Virus record (IMG/VR): IMGVR_UViG_3300011008_000041
Coordinates: 8,097 to 72,096 of that record
Reading direction: 5' to 3' (one strand)
Length of the DNA: 64,000 bases
Origin: a virus
Lineage: Duplodnaviria; Caudoviricetes
In this document: positions 36,101 to 44,229 of the stretch, piece after piece
How the letters are laid out: each line of letters starts with the position of its first letter
Position numbering within the stretch: position 1 is the first letter of the stretch
Made by a program: the position numbers and the translations under genes
Notes under the pieces: model-generated
Database searches by the model: none
Told to the model about the DNA's origin: nothing
The model's input: only the letters and a program-made list of their open reading frames with translations

Positions 36101-37202
36101 CCAGAGCACCGGCGACCGGTGCGGCGTACTTGAACGCCTCCCCAAGCATGGAAACGGTGGTGTTGGAATTGGTCGCAGCGGCCGCGAGAACATCAACGAA
36201 ATGGCCGGAGTCAGATGCGGAAAGGCCAAACGCGGTAAGCGCGTCGGTCACAATATCAGAGACGCGAGCAAGATCCTCACCGGAGGCTGCGGCAAGCGAA
36301 ATGACGCCATCTACACCGGCCAGCATTTCCTCTGCTGACCAACCGGCAAGGGCCATATACGAAAGGGCCTCGCCAGCTTGCTGTGCGGTGTACATGGTGC
36401 CGGCGCCAATTTCCTTTGCCTTGGCATTCAGTTTCTCCATGTCCTCGGAGGACGCGCTGGAAATTGCCGCGACGGAGCTCATGGTATACTCGAAGTCAGC
36501 CGCCGAATTAACGCAGGCCTCAAACGCCTCGGCGGTTTTCTCCAATGCAGCAATAACGCCGGCCGAGACAAGAGCTTCTTTCAACTCACTTGCCTGGTCG
36601 GCGGTTTCCTGTATTCTGTCCCCAAAACGATCGATGGATGTCGCACAGCCGTCTGCACTGTTTTTCGCTTCGCCCAAATACTCATTGTTGAGCTGGATTT
36701 CAGCGTCCAGATCATTCAGTTTGATTTCTGCATTATTGAGCTGAGTCTGCCAGGAGTTGACGCCCTTCTCCGCGGCAGTGAGATTGGCATCGCACTTATC
36801 GAGCTGCTCGTTCAGAGCCTTGTTCTCTTCGGTGAGAGCCTTTTCCTCTTTCGAGGTATCGCCGGTCGTGTTTTTGAGGGCTTCGAGCTTTTTGTTGTTC
36901 TCCTCGATCTTTGCAATCAGCGCGGCTTTCTGCTGTGCATATTCCTCCTCGGCCTTCTTCGCATTATCGAGGGCAGATTTCAGGGCCTCAACCTTCTGCT
37001 GTTGTGCCTTGTATAGATTGGACAATGCCTCCCCTTTGGCGGTGAGGGCCTGCATAGAGTTGGCATTTGTCTGGTACTGGCTTTCCGTCAGCTTGAGAGA
37101 AGACTGCAGAGTCTTGATCTCTGTGTTGATCTTCGATAGTGCTGCTCTGTATTCGGACTCGCCGTCAATGGCAAGTTTTGTCGATATAGTCCTCGTCGCC
37201 AA
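33117..37202 (-). CDS. tape measure protein, TP901 family
   Basis: EALSYMALAGW, LGEAFKYAAPVAG, GIKGSMAGTSLR; start placed at TTG after GGAGGTG. Confidence 0.92.
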   Translation of the reverse strand: MATRTISTKLAIDGESEYRAALSKINTEIKTLQSSLKLTESQYQTNANSMQALTAKGEALSNLYKAQQQKVEALKSALDNAKKAEEEYAQQKAALIAKIEENNKKLEALKNTTGDTSKEEKALTEENKALNEQLDKCDANLTAAEKGVNSWQTQLNNAEIKLNDLDAEIQLNNEYLGEAKNSADGCATSIDRFGDRIQETADQASELKEALVSAGVIAALEKTAEAFEACVNSAADFEYTMSSVAAISSASSEDMEKLNAKAKEIGAGTMYTAQQAGEALSYMALAGWSAEEMLAGVDGVISLAAASGEDLARVSDIVTDALTAFGLSASDSGHFVDVLAAAATNSNTTVSMLGEAFKYAAPVAGALGYSVEDVAVAMGLMANNGIKGSMAGTSLRNMFSALTGDVKLSAAAFGEVTLTAQNSDGTMKDFSETLDELKLYFGQMTEAEKVNNAQALVGTRAYAGLLAILNTTEADYASLTSAIEDCTGAAKTMADTRMDNLTGQVTLMQSAFDAVKIAIGEKLTPTLKNLASAATDGLSWMADAISKSDAFVPTITAAATAIGVLAAAIVGYTAVTKLAAAAAGLFTAILKTNPIFLAVSAIAALSAGIAVLVATTDGAVPSVKDLTEAAQEMQGSLEDSGEALSQSLEDTQAVADVADRYITKLEELEATGLKTEEQQKEYHNTLVMLCNLIPELSSYIDLETDSIDGGTEALRANTEAWKKNAEQQAYQERLNELIEKHADVLIEAEKNSIKLTQAQDDLATAQQAQNDAIARMDEIMGEAQVKADEWYEETGQLTGATDWLTQEYWDLYNSLGSLNDQVITAEDTVENYQEAIEDDTDAVSAAEEEIALMEEAIDNLTSAQEAGAAATDEHTEATTTNAAAVQQIRDDLDELAQAYKDAYDSAYSSISGQVGLFGEFAAEISEDVDTVEEMMQRWADQTAALSEYTENLKLAGQYGLDDGLVASLSDGSAESAAYLAVIIGKIEELGGSTEGMSTDAAAFVEDFNASFAETEQAKESFAETAAAIQTDFTDTITALETEAAAVNFDGFTQAFNDAFANVGLDGETIGNNLGLGLSTGIEGSTDTARGSAESMAEEVTDGTKSTFQTQSPSKVFEEIGRNLDEGLVEGIDGDADTVVSSVTDMADDVNQEMEDGAKRAVESFDSEFSQIVDKTAQQINSLRSAIESGVSSLPSYMYDIGAQIVYGMTNGIYGASGSLYYAISYVVNSAIARARAAAAVASPSKKTTEIFEYVGEGMIVGIENRRKALEDKMQSVVESAMDVDVKNDISDKMTSINDRDLTATYVKSPSEKENASSTTTITRGDTIINVYPREGQDERVLAQELAALINDNVGKEDAAWA

Positions 37203-37244
37203 CGTCCGCACCTCCAATATGGCAAGAACATCGGCACTCAGGCA

Positions 37245-37406
37245 CTACTTGTCGCTCGTTTTCTTGATCACTATTTCAAAGACCTTCCCGCATTGTCGGC
37301 CTTTACACTTGATGTATAGACCGTGGCTCACTGCGGTTACGGGGTCATACCAAACCGGCATTTCATAACCACAGAAAGGACAGGTCACTTTCCGCTTGTT
37401 GGTCAT
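37245..37406 (-). CDS. Com-like C4 zinc-ribbon protein (not in the ORF track)
   Basis: Hand translation MTNKRKVTCPFCGYEMPVWYDPVTAVSHGLYIKCKGRQCGKVFEIVIKKTSDK, 53 aa. Confidence 0.7.
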   Translation of the reverse strand: MTNKRKVTCPFCGYEMPVWYDPVTAVSHGLYIKCKGRQCGKVFEIVIKKTSDK

Positions 37407-37774
37407 TTTTTCTTTTTCCCATTCTGGGTAAGTTTTGCGGATACCTCGCGGCGATGCGCGGCTGTGTGTTCCTGGAATACACTCGCGAGAAACACGCAGA
37501 TATCCGCCATGTCATCCGTGCGCACTTCACGCCCTTCAAAAATTGCGGCCGTCGCCCCCTCGCCGAGAAGGTGGTCGATGATCTCGGTATAAACGCCGAT
37601 AATATCAGCCTCCGTCTTCTCACCCTCCATGAGCTTCTCAGAAAGCTCAGTCAGAACGTTTCCCTGCTGGCCGATGTATTCGCCGGTCTTGGTAGTACAG
37701 TCAATCGCATAGGTCTTACCGGCGATTTCCACTTCAACTTCATGATTTGCGAACTCAAACTTGCGAATGCTCAT
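37403..37774 (-). CDS. second tail-assembly-chaperone-like protein
   Basis: 123 aa, AGGAGG RBS, between the chaperone and TMP. Confidence 0.6.
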   Translation of the reverse strand: MSIRKFEFANHEVEVEIAGKTYAIDCTTKTGEYIGQQGNVLTELSEKLMEGEKTEADIIGVYTEIIDHLLGEGATAAIFEGREVRTDDMADICVFLASVFQEHTAAHRREVSAKLTQNGKKKK

Positions 37775-37783
37775 AGTAGCCTC

Positions 37784-38343
37784 CTAATCAATGTTGGTCC
37801 CTAAGTTTGGGGCGCGATCATTATGTATCTGCACCATATCGTAGAACAAGCCGGGGTTCATTCGGTAAAACTCGCGCCGTGTCAGGTGCAAATGAACAAC
37901 AGCGTCGTAATTATGCCGCGCTCTTAGTCCCCGGCCTTTGCTTTTTTTGCACGTAATTCCTCCAAACCAAGATCAATCTCCTGGTTCTCATCTGCGGTCT
38001 CTCGCATATACCCCTTGTTGATTGCGTCAACAATAGCCGATTTCAACACGGCATATTCCAGCGGGGACATTCTGAGCGATATATCCTCCTCTTTCAGCAT
38101 GGGAAGATGATCGTAACCAGCATCCCTGCGGTACAGTTCCGCATCGTTCACCATGCTGACCAAAAACCAGCGCATGGCCTCAAACGACGCTTTATCCTCA
38201 CCGGATAGGACATCCAGCGCCGCCCGAATGTTGCCAAACTTCTCCGTCATGTTAAACATGACTTCCACAGAGTAATTCAGGCAGCGTTCCTCGCCGTTTA
38301 CCATCACGGTTATCATTCTGTCCACGGCATACAACTCCTTCAT
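37784..38343 (-). CDS. tail assembly chaperone G (37924-38343) with -1 frameshift product GT ending at 37784
   Basis: A AAA AAA at 37942-37948; the -1 frame is open to TAG 37784 (…LTRREFYRMNPGLFYDMV…). Confidence 0.8.
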
Positions 38344-38438
38344 TATTTGGGCGGTTGCAACGCCCATACATCGTAGAAAAGCCCCACGGGGTATATAGGA
38401 ATACCCCGTGAGGGAAAAACTCGTTCGAGGCGCTTGGA

Positions 38439-38969
38439 TCAGGAAGTGATGGTGCACTTCGTATTGACGTATGCGATAGCGTCAGCGACGTTCTCGAACG
38501 TCTTGGTCTTTCTCCAATCGCCGTTGTCATCGGTAAACACCGTGAATGTGGTGTTTGCCGTCTGGAAGGTGATGGAACTGCCGCGCGTCTGGGCGTTGTC
38601 GTTACCAAGCGCCGCCCGAACACGGGGATAGTAGAACGCTTTGTAATACTTCACGCCGTTACGCAGAAGCACCTTGTAATAGGCAAGAACGCCCTCCGGG
38701 GGCGTGTCTTCCTTGTTATAGGTGACTTCGCCTCCGCTGACCGTGCAGCCATAGATCGCGCTGGCGCTGGCATCCACCAGATCGTCAGTCTCCATGGCGA
38801 GGGAACCGGAGGCGAATTCGGAAATCTGCTCCGCAAGACCGTCATCCGCAAACAGCTCGCCGGAGGCAAGGTTTACGGTCAGGTTGGCGGATACGAGCTT
38901 GCCGATCACAACGCCGGTTACGGCATCGTTGGCTTTGAAGCAAGGGTAGTTGGCGCCAAATTCAGCCAT
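38439..38969 (-). CDS. major tail protein (phi13-like)
   Basis: ELFADDGLAE, QTRGSSITFQT; position in module. Confidence 0.8.
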   Translation of the reverse strand: MAEFGANYPCFKANDAVTGVVIGKLVSANLTVNLASGELFADDGLAEQISEFASGSLAMETDDLVDASASAIYGCTVSGGEVTYNKEDTPPEGVLAYYKVLLRNGVKYYKAFYYPRVRAALGNDNAQTRGSSITFQTANTTFTVFTDDNGDWRKTKTFENVADAIAYVNTKCTITS

Positions 38970-38986
38970 TGAAGTTCATTCCTTTC

Positions 38987-39412
38987 TTACAGACCCTTTG
39001 AGGTCAGGTATTGATCATAGACGCGGGCAGCGGCGTCAACCGCTTCCTCCGCATAACGCTCGTTTGCTTCGCGGATGAATTGTCTCGCCGGTTGCCCGTG
39101 TTTTCCGTATTCGTTGATAAAGGCGATCTCTGCAATACGGTTTCCGTGTTGAGAGCCCTCGAAGGTCACATACATGGTCGCGTTGCCGGCATTCCGCTTG
39201 TATTTCCCGAGCCTTATACCTGAAACAACTCCGCCCCTGTAATACGGACCTTGAAGCATACTCGCCGCTGTTTGGCTTTGGCCGCGTTTGATAACCTCTC
39301 CCTCGGCCTGCAGCATCGCTTTCAGAACCGTATCCGGCAAGGTTGCCAGTTCCTTGAAACTGAAAGCGTATTCATCAAGCCCCGTTATCGTCATCGACGC
39401 CATCTGTATCAA
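38987..39412 (-). CDS. HK97 gp10-like tail completion protein
   Basis: IAFINEYG...PARQFI. Confidence 0.8.
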   Translation of the reverse strand: MIQMASMTITGLDEYAFSFKELATLPDTVLKAMLQAEGEVIKRGQSQTAASMLQGPYYRGGVVSGIRLGKYKRNAGNATMYVTFEGSQHGNRIAEIAFINEYGKHGQPARQFIREANERYAEEAVDAAARVYDQYLTSKGL

Positions 39413-39734
39413 CTCCTTCGGCTATCTCGCACTCGAACACGATGTGGCGGCTGTTCTCATCCGAGGCGTCCGTAATGGACGGCCAGGTGAATCCGGCAGC
39501 GTACAACCTCTGCCTCACGCTCTTTTTAAGCCTCGTGATATTCACGTTCAGAGGGCAGAAAAAATGCACCTGCACGAGATATCGCTCGTGGCAAGGTGCA
39601 TCATCGGCAAAGTCTGCCGGGATAACAGTATAGTTGAATGCGAAATAGGTCTTGTTTTTGGTGAAACTCACCCCATTTGCCACGTCATACGAGAACGGAT
39701 CCAGGGCGGTTACGATCTTGGAATCAACACTCAT
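39375..39734 (-). CDS. tail terminator-like protein
   Basis: Position; YLVQVHFF, RHIVFECE. Confidence 0.7.
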   Translation of the reverse strand: MSVDSKIVTALDPFSYDVANGVSFTKNKTYFAFNYTVIPADFADDAPCHERYLVQVHFFCPLNVNITRLKKSVRQRLYAAGFTWPSITDASDENSRHIVFECEIAEGVDTDGVDDDNGA

Positions 39735-40093
39735 CGTGCCGCCTCCCTTCGTCTCACTTTGATCTCCAGCCAGGCATTTCGCTCCTCAACATTGTCGATG
39801 GTCTCGATCTCATAAGGCTCTTCGTCCGATCCTTTGTAGATCAGGCAATCAGGTTTTATAAGGGGCGAATACCGGCAGGTGATCGTGGCGGGCTCCCGTA
39901 CCTGCATCTGCATGGCGATATAGGCGTCGGAACCATGGGCATTTACCCATTTGCACATGACGGCCGTGCCTTCGCCAAAAACGTTCACTTCCGGGCGCAC
40001 TGGGTATCCTTCGCTATCGGTTTTGTTGCCTTCGGTGATCTTCATGACGTAGATCGCCGTCCGCAGTTCGCCGGGGTTTGCGGATTTACTCAC
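39731..40093 (-). CDS. head closure / head-tail adaptor
   Basis: NPGELR...ITCRY...YEIETIDNVEERNAWLEIK. Confidence 0.8.
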   Translation of the reverse strand: MSKSANPGELRTAIYVMKITEGNKTDSEGYPVRPEVNVFGEGTAVMCKWVNAHGSDAYIAMQMQVREPATITCRYSPLIKPDCLIYKGSDEEPYEIETIDNVEERNAWLEIKVRRREAAR

Positions 40094-40404
40094 CCTGTAT
40101 CACCGGTCCCCTCTGAAACACCGTCCTCTGCGAACCGAAGTTCCAGTACGAAACTGTTGATAAGCTTACGGGCGTTTTCTTCGGCGGTAGCCTGATAGGA
40201 GCCAGAGAACGACATTCCGCGGTTCTCGTAATACAAAGAGGCCAACGCCATGATGAACAGGTCATACATGGCGTTGTTCTCAAAATCAGGTATTCCCGCA
40301 GTCTTTGCTTTGGCTTTCGCCGCCGCAAGATATGGTTCGAGGTTTTCGGTGCTGTCGGGTGCAATCCGCAAATACTCTTTGAGGTTGGAGGTTGTAACCG
40401 ACAT
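40090..40404 (-). CDS. head-tail connector (gp6-like)
   Basis: LKEYLRI...LASLYYENRG. Confidence 0.85.
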   Translation of the reverse strand: MSVTTSNLKEYLRIAPDSTENLEPYLAAAKAKAKTAGIPDFENNAMYDLFIMALASLYYENRGMSFSGSYQATAEENARKLINSFVLELRFAEDGVSEGTGDTG

Positions 40405-40420
40405 ACGATCACCCGCCCTT

Positions 40421-40729
40421 TCAGGACTTGGTGACCGTTACGGTGTAAACCGTTTCATCCTCTCCGTTCGTCACCGTAATGGTGAGCGTGTTTTCACCCG
40501 CCTCCCATGTCGGGGACGAACCGTTTTCGATCGCCGTTTCGCCGAGCAGGATCGTGACCGTTGCGTTTTCATCCTCTGTGGTCACGGTGACCTTGTTCTG
40601 ACCATTCGTGGTGCTCACGGCATACTCAAGCGTTCCGGGATCGAAAGTCGGCGTAAGGGATAGCGCGCCGATAGTCAAGCCCGAGAGCTTCGGGCCTCCC
40701 TCATCGGGACTATCGGCCGTTATTCCCCC
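40421..40729 (-). CDS. cadherin-like beta-sandwich domain, probably appended to the capsid protein by -1 frameshift
   Basis: LSGLTIGALSLTPTFDPGTLEY motif; -1 frame open from the capsid's G GGG GAA; no RBS of its own. Confidence 0.75.
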   Translation of the reverse strand, partial: GGITADSPDEGGPKLSGLTIGALSLTPTFDPGTLEYAVSTTNGQNKVTVTTEDENATVTILLGETAIENGSSPTWEAGENTLTITVTNGEDETVYTVTVTKS

Positions 40730-41880
40730 GAGACTACCGCCAGGCGGAACGCGCTCTTGAGACGGATCTGCTGATCTCCCCAGGCGGTGAAGATGAAGTA
40801 GTACTCGCCCTTCTTGCCGTCCTTGTCGGTCTCATACACAGCGCCGATATCGTAGTTGATACCGTAGTACTGGAAGTCGCCCACAACAGGAGTCTCGGCC
40901 TTGTCGCAGAACACGACAGGATAGCCGAGGATGGACGCAGGCTTGGAGCCGAACAGCGCCTCGCTGTCGTTGGTGAGCGTCTGGATCATCTCATAATAAT
41001 CAGACTTCTTCATGACAACGCGGGCGTTGGCAGCGAAGTCATCAGCGAGGTCGGCAAGCGCGGCCACGATGGCAGCGTACATGGTGGCACCGGTCTTCTC
41101 GGTGATGGCACCGTCCTTGTAGAAGCTCATGTGCGCATGAGCGGTATCGGTGCCGCAGGCCGTCGCGGAGAGGAACGCATAGTGCTTCTCGCGCTTGGCA
41201 AGCGCAGAACGCAGAGCGCTCTCGACAGCGGTCACGACATCGAGGTCGGTGCCATACATGACGGTGTCCTTCAGGGTGGCGGTGACCTTCATCTTCATGC
41301 GGCCGTATGCGATGGAATCGCCCTCCATCTCGATCTCGTTTGCGGTCTGCTTGTCGGTCACATCCGCGATGTCGGTATCCTCGATGGTGAAGCCGAGCTT
41401 GGGCTCCTCCAGGCCGGTGATGTTGGTGACCCGGCAAATGGTGCGCAGGGGATTGACCTCAACAGGCTCAAGCACGAGCTGGCTGCTGAGGTTGGTGGGC
41501 AGGAGCTTATCGCCGCTGCCGAGATCGGCGTTCGCCGCAGGGATGCCGCCGAGGCCCTCATAGGCCTTGGACACGTCGCCGCCCAGGATAGCCGCACGAT
41601 AGAAGTCAGCCTTCGCCTTGATGCGGACCTGCTCCTCGTTCATGCCGGCGCCGGAGCCGTTCTTCAGGGCAAGACGCTTGCGCTGGGCTTCCTCCTCCTC
41701 GGCGATGTTGCCGTCGATGATGGAGATACGGTTCTTCAGGTCCTCGGCCTTTTTCTGGCGTTCCTGAAGATCCTCGGTGCTGACGGTGGGGTCGGCAGAC
41801 TTGTTGAGGATGTCTTCCTTCACCGTGGACAGTTCCTGCTCAAGCTGGAACTTCTTTTCCTTCATTTCAAACAGAGTCAT
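40720..41880 (-). CDS. major capsid protein, HK97 family
   Basis: Coiled-coil delta domain, LLPTNLS, ILGYPVVF, VVGDF; between protease and connector. Confidence 0.92.
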   Translation of the reverse strand: MTLFEMKEKKFQLEQELSTVKEDILNKSADPTVSTEDLQERQKKAEDLKNRISIIDGNIAEEEEAQRKRLALKNGSGAGMNEEQVRIKAKADFYRAAILGGDVSKAYEGLGGIPAANADLGSGDKLLPTNLSSQLVLEPVEVNPLRTICRVTNITGLEEPKLGFTIEDTDIADVTDKQTANEIEMEGDSIAYGRMKMKVTATLKDTVMYGTDLDVVTAVESALRSALAKREKHYAFLSATACGTDTAHAHMSFYKDGAITEKTGATMYAAIVAALADLADDFAANARVVMKKSDYYEMIQTLTNDSEALFGSKPASILGYPVVFCDKAETPVVGDFQYYGINYDIGAVYETDKDGKKGEYYFIFTAWGDQQIRLKSAFRLAVVSGE

Positions 41881-41898
41881 TTTCAGTTCGTCCTTTCG

Positions 41899-42705
41899 TT
41901 AAAAATTTTCTTCCGCATATTTGCGGATGGCTTCACGTTTTGCACGTTCGTCGGCAGACAGCATCGCCGTCTGCAAGTGTTTGATGACCGCCTCGTTTGC
42001 TTCGGGATACTCGGCCAATTCCTCGACGGACATTTTCATAATCGTCTCGTGAATGTCGATCCCGGCGCATTTCAGGCTCTTTGTGGCTCCCGCCCCTCTC
42101 TGAGCGGGAACAGCGACAAAGGAGAATTCATAGGCGTCCCCAGGGTCTCTCAGTTCGCCAATGCACCGAACACCGTCGTAGAGTTCGCCCAAGACGTGAT
42201 CGTTTTTGCACTTGCGACGCCCGGTGGCCCAACTGAAAAAGAGTTCTTCACCACAAAGGGAGCAGTGTGCGCGGCTCTTGGTGGCGAAGCCCACCGAGAC
42301 TTCCTTCACAATGCCGCCCTCGATTGCCTCGATCATGGCCTTGTTATCATCGTTGCACAGCATGTAGGCGCTACCGTGCAGACGTTTGAGCGGCTGACCC
42401 AAACTGTTCTTCTCCTTTGTGGTCTGCACTTCGACGCGATAGAGCCGCGCGACCTGGTTATTTGCCGTCCAGTTATGATCCTTGATACCGGTCTTGCCGA
42501 CGAACAGTTCAGCAAGGGTATCAAGCGCCTCGTCTGTAAAGCGTTCCAGATCACGGTCTACCTCGTTGTCGCAGAGCACGACGTTGAAACAGAAAACGTC
42601 ATCAGCGGTAAGCTCCTTCAAGCTGTACTGATTGATCAGGTCGATATCGGCCTCGGCGTTGGCTTTCGTGATGGAATTCGATTTGTATTTCAGTTCAATT
42701 TCCAA
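41899..42705 (-). CDS. prohead protease-like protein
   Basis: VDRDLERF, DHNW, KEVSVGF, YEFSFVAVPAQ motifs; TTG start after AAGGAGG. Confidence 0.75.
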   Translation of the reverse strand: MEIELKYKSNSITKANAEADIDLINQYSLKELTADDVFCFNVVLCDNEVDRDLERFTDEALDTLAELFVGKTGIKDHNWTANNQVARLYRVEVQTTKEKNSLGQPLKRLHGSAYMLCNDDNKAMIEAIEGGIVKEVSVGFATKSRAHCSLCGEELFFSWATGRRKCKNDHVLGELYDGVRCIGELRDPGDAYEFSFVAVPAQRGAGATKSLKCAGIDIHETIMKMSVEELAEYPEANEAVIKHLQTAMLSADERAKREAIRKYAEENF

Positions 42706-42899
42706 GCTCAAATCCTCCTTTCCTCGAAGATTTCCGCGTGAGAGGTATGAAAAAACCGGCGCCTCATTTGGCGTCGGTTGCGGACTGGTTTTTCGCCCTG
42801 GCAATATCCCTGCACAAGGCATCATCCCGCTTATCGGGAGGGAGAAGGTAATACATCGAGGCGTTGATGCCGAGGGCCTCAGCCTCTTTCATCAACTCC

Positions 42900-44204
42900 T
42901 CATTCATCGGCCGTTTCCTCCGGCTTTTTGGGTTCCTCTGACTCTTCCGTCTTTGTCGGCGGCGTTTTTCCCGCCGCCAAAACCTTCGGCTTGTCGTTGA
43001 CGGTATAGTCCAGCGTTGCCAGATCCTGCGAGACGAGCGCCTTACTTCCTACGCCGCCCGGAAGAGCCGGAAGATTGCGGGAGGCACGTATCTCATCGAC
43101 TGTTTTCCAGCCGGAACGCACAGCCTTGTAGTCAACCTCGGCCTGCGTCGAGGCGTCCGCCCGCAGTACGGCGTCCATATCGAACTTGAAATGAAAACCG
43201 CGGCGCCGAAGCTCCGCGGTCAGTAATTTACGATTCAGTTCTTGCTCATAGGCGGTGACAATGGGCAGCATCGTCATGGTCAGGAATTCAAGCATCTGCT
43301 GCTCCTGATTGCCAGAGCCGCCCTCGGAATAATCACCGAGAAGATGCGGCGGGATGTTATAGACCATCGCCACCTTAGATCTTGTGATCTTCTCCACCTC
43401 GAACAACTTGGTATCAACCGGCGACAGGTTCAGCGTGGATGCTTTTACGCCAGATTCCAGAAGCAGGATATTGCCCGATGTCTCCCGATAAGTCTCCATA
43501 AAGGACTCAATCATGGCTTTCTTCTGCGAGTCGCCCAGATTGGCAGGAGCCTCGAGGACAATAGCGGAATTCACGCCCTGTTCCAACAGTTCCTTTTGGA
43601 AGGTCTGGATTTTGTCGCTATATCCCAAGGTATCAAACAGCACCCTGACAGGGTTCACGCCGATGTATCCGTTTGTGGAGATAAACGGCACATGAAGCAT
43701 ATAGAAATTGTGGATGTAGTAGTCGTTCCCGTGTTCAGGCCTGACCCTATACCACAATTCCTGAGATTCCACTTCCATAATCGGGGTGACACGCAAAGGG
43801 TCCAGAATATCAAGGCGCGATAGAATACCGTGTACGTCGTAGACTTTCAGAGCGTAGGCATTGCCGGACGTAGAGCGGCATGCTTCCATCGTCTTGAAGA
43901 AATTACAGCTCGTCATGCTTGGATTTGGGGAAAATCCAACCATATCGCTAAGCGCATTGTTGTACAACTTCGCGCCCTTGTACAGGTGAACGGGCATAGC
44001 GGAGAGCGAATTTGCTATCCTGGACACAGCGGAGAAAATCAATTCGCTGTTCTCCAGCGTGTAGTCGCCGCGTCGTTTGAACAGTTGATCTCCGCGATCC
44101 AGCCGCCAGCGGCTTGGCACGGTCAGACCTTCCGCGATAGCCGCCTTGATGATCCTGTTCCGGCGACGCTGCTTTCGCCTTTCTTTAAAAGTCAAGTGCA
44201 TCAA
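42900..44204 (-). CDS. portal protein, HK97 family
   Basis: IFSAVSRIANSLSAMP, GNAY, VYNIPPHLLG, EQELNRKLL. Confidence 0.93.
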   Translation of the reverse strand: MMHLTFKERRKQRRRNRIIKAAIAEGLTVPSRWRLDRGDQLFKRRGDYTLENSELIFSAVSRIANSLSAMPVHLYKGAKLYNNALSDMVGFSPNPSMTSCNFFKTMEACRSTSGNAYALKVYDVHGILSRLDILDPLRVTPIMEVESQELWYRVRPEHGNDYYIHNFYMLHVPFISTNGYIGVNPVRVLFDTLGYSDKIQTFQKELLEQGVNSAIVLEAPANLGDSQKKAMIESFMETYRETSGNILLLESGVKASTLNLSPVDTKLFEVEKITRSKVAMVYNIPPHLLGDYSEGGSGNQEQQMLEFLTMTMLPIVTAYEQELNRKLLTAELRRRGFHFKFDMDAVLRADASTQAEVDYKAVRSGWKTVDEIRASRNLPALPGGVGSKALVSQDLATLDYTVNDKPKVLAAGKTPPTKTEESEEPKKPEETADE

Positions 44205-44229
44205 GCCTCCTTTGTTCGTTCCAAAGCCA

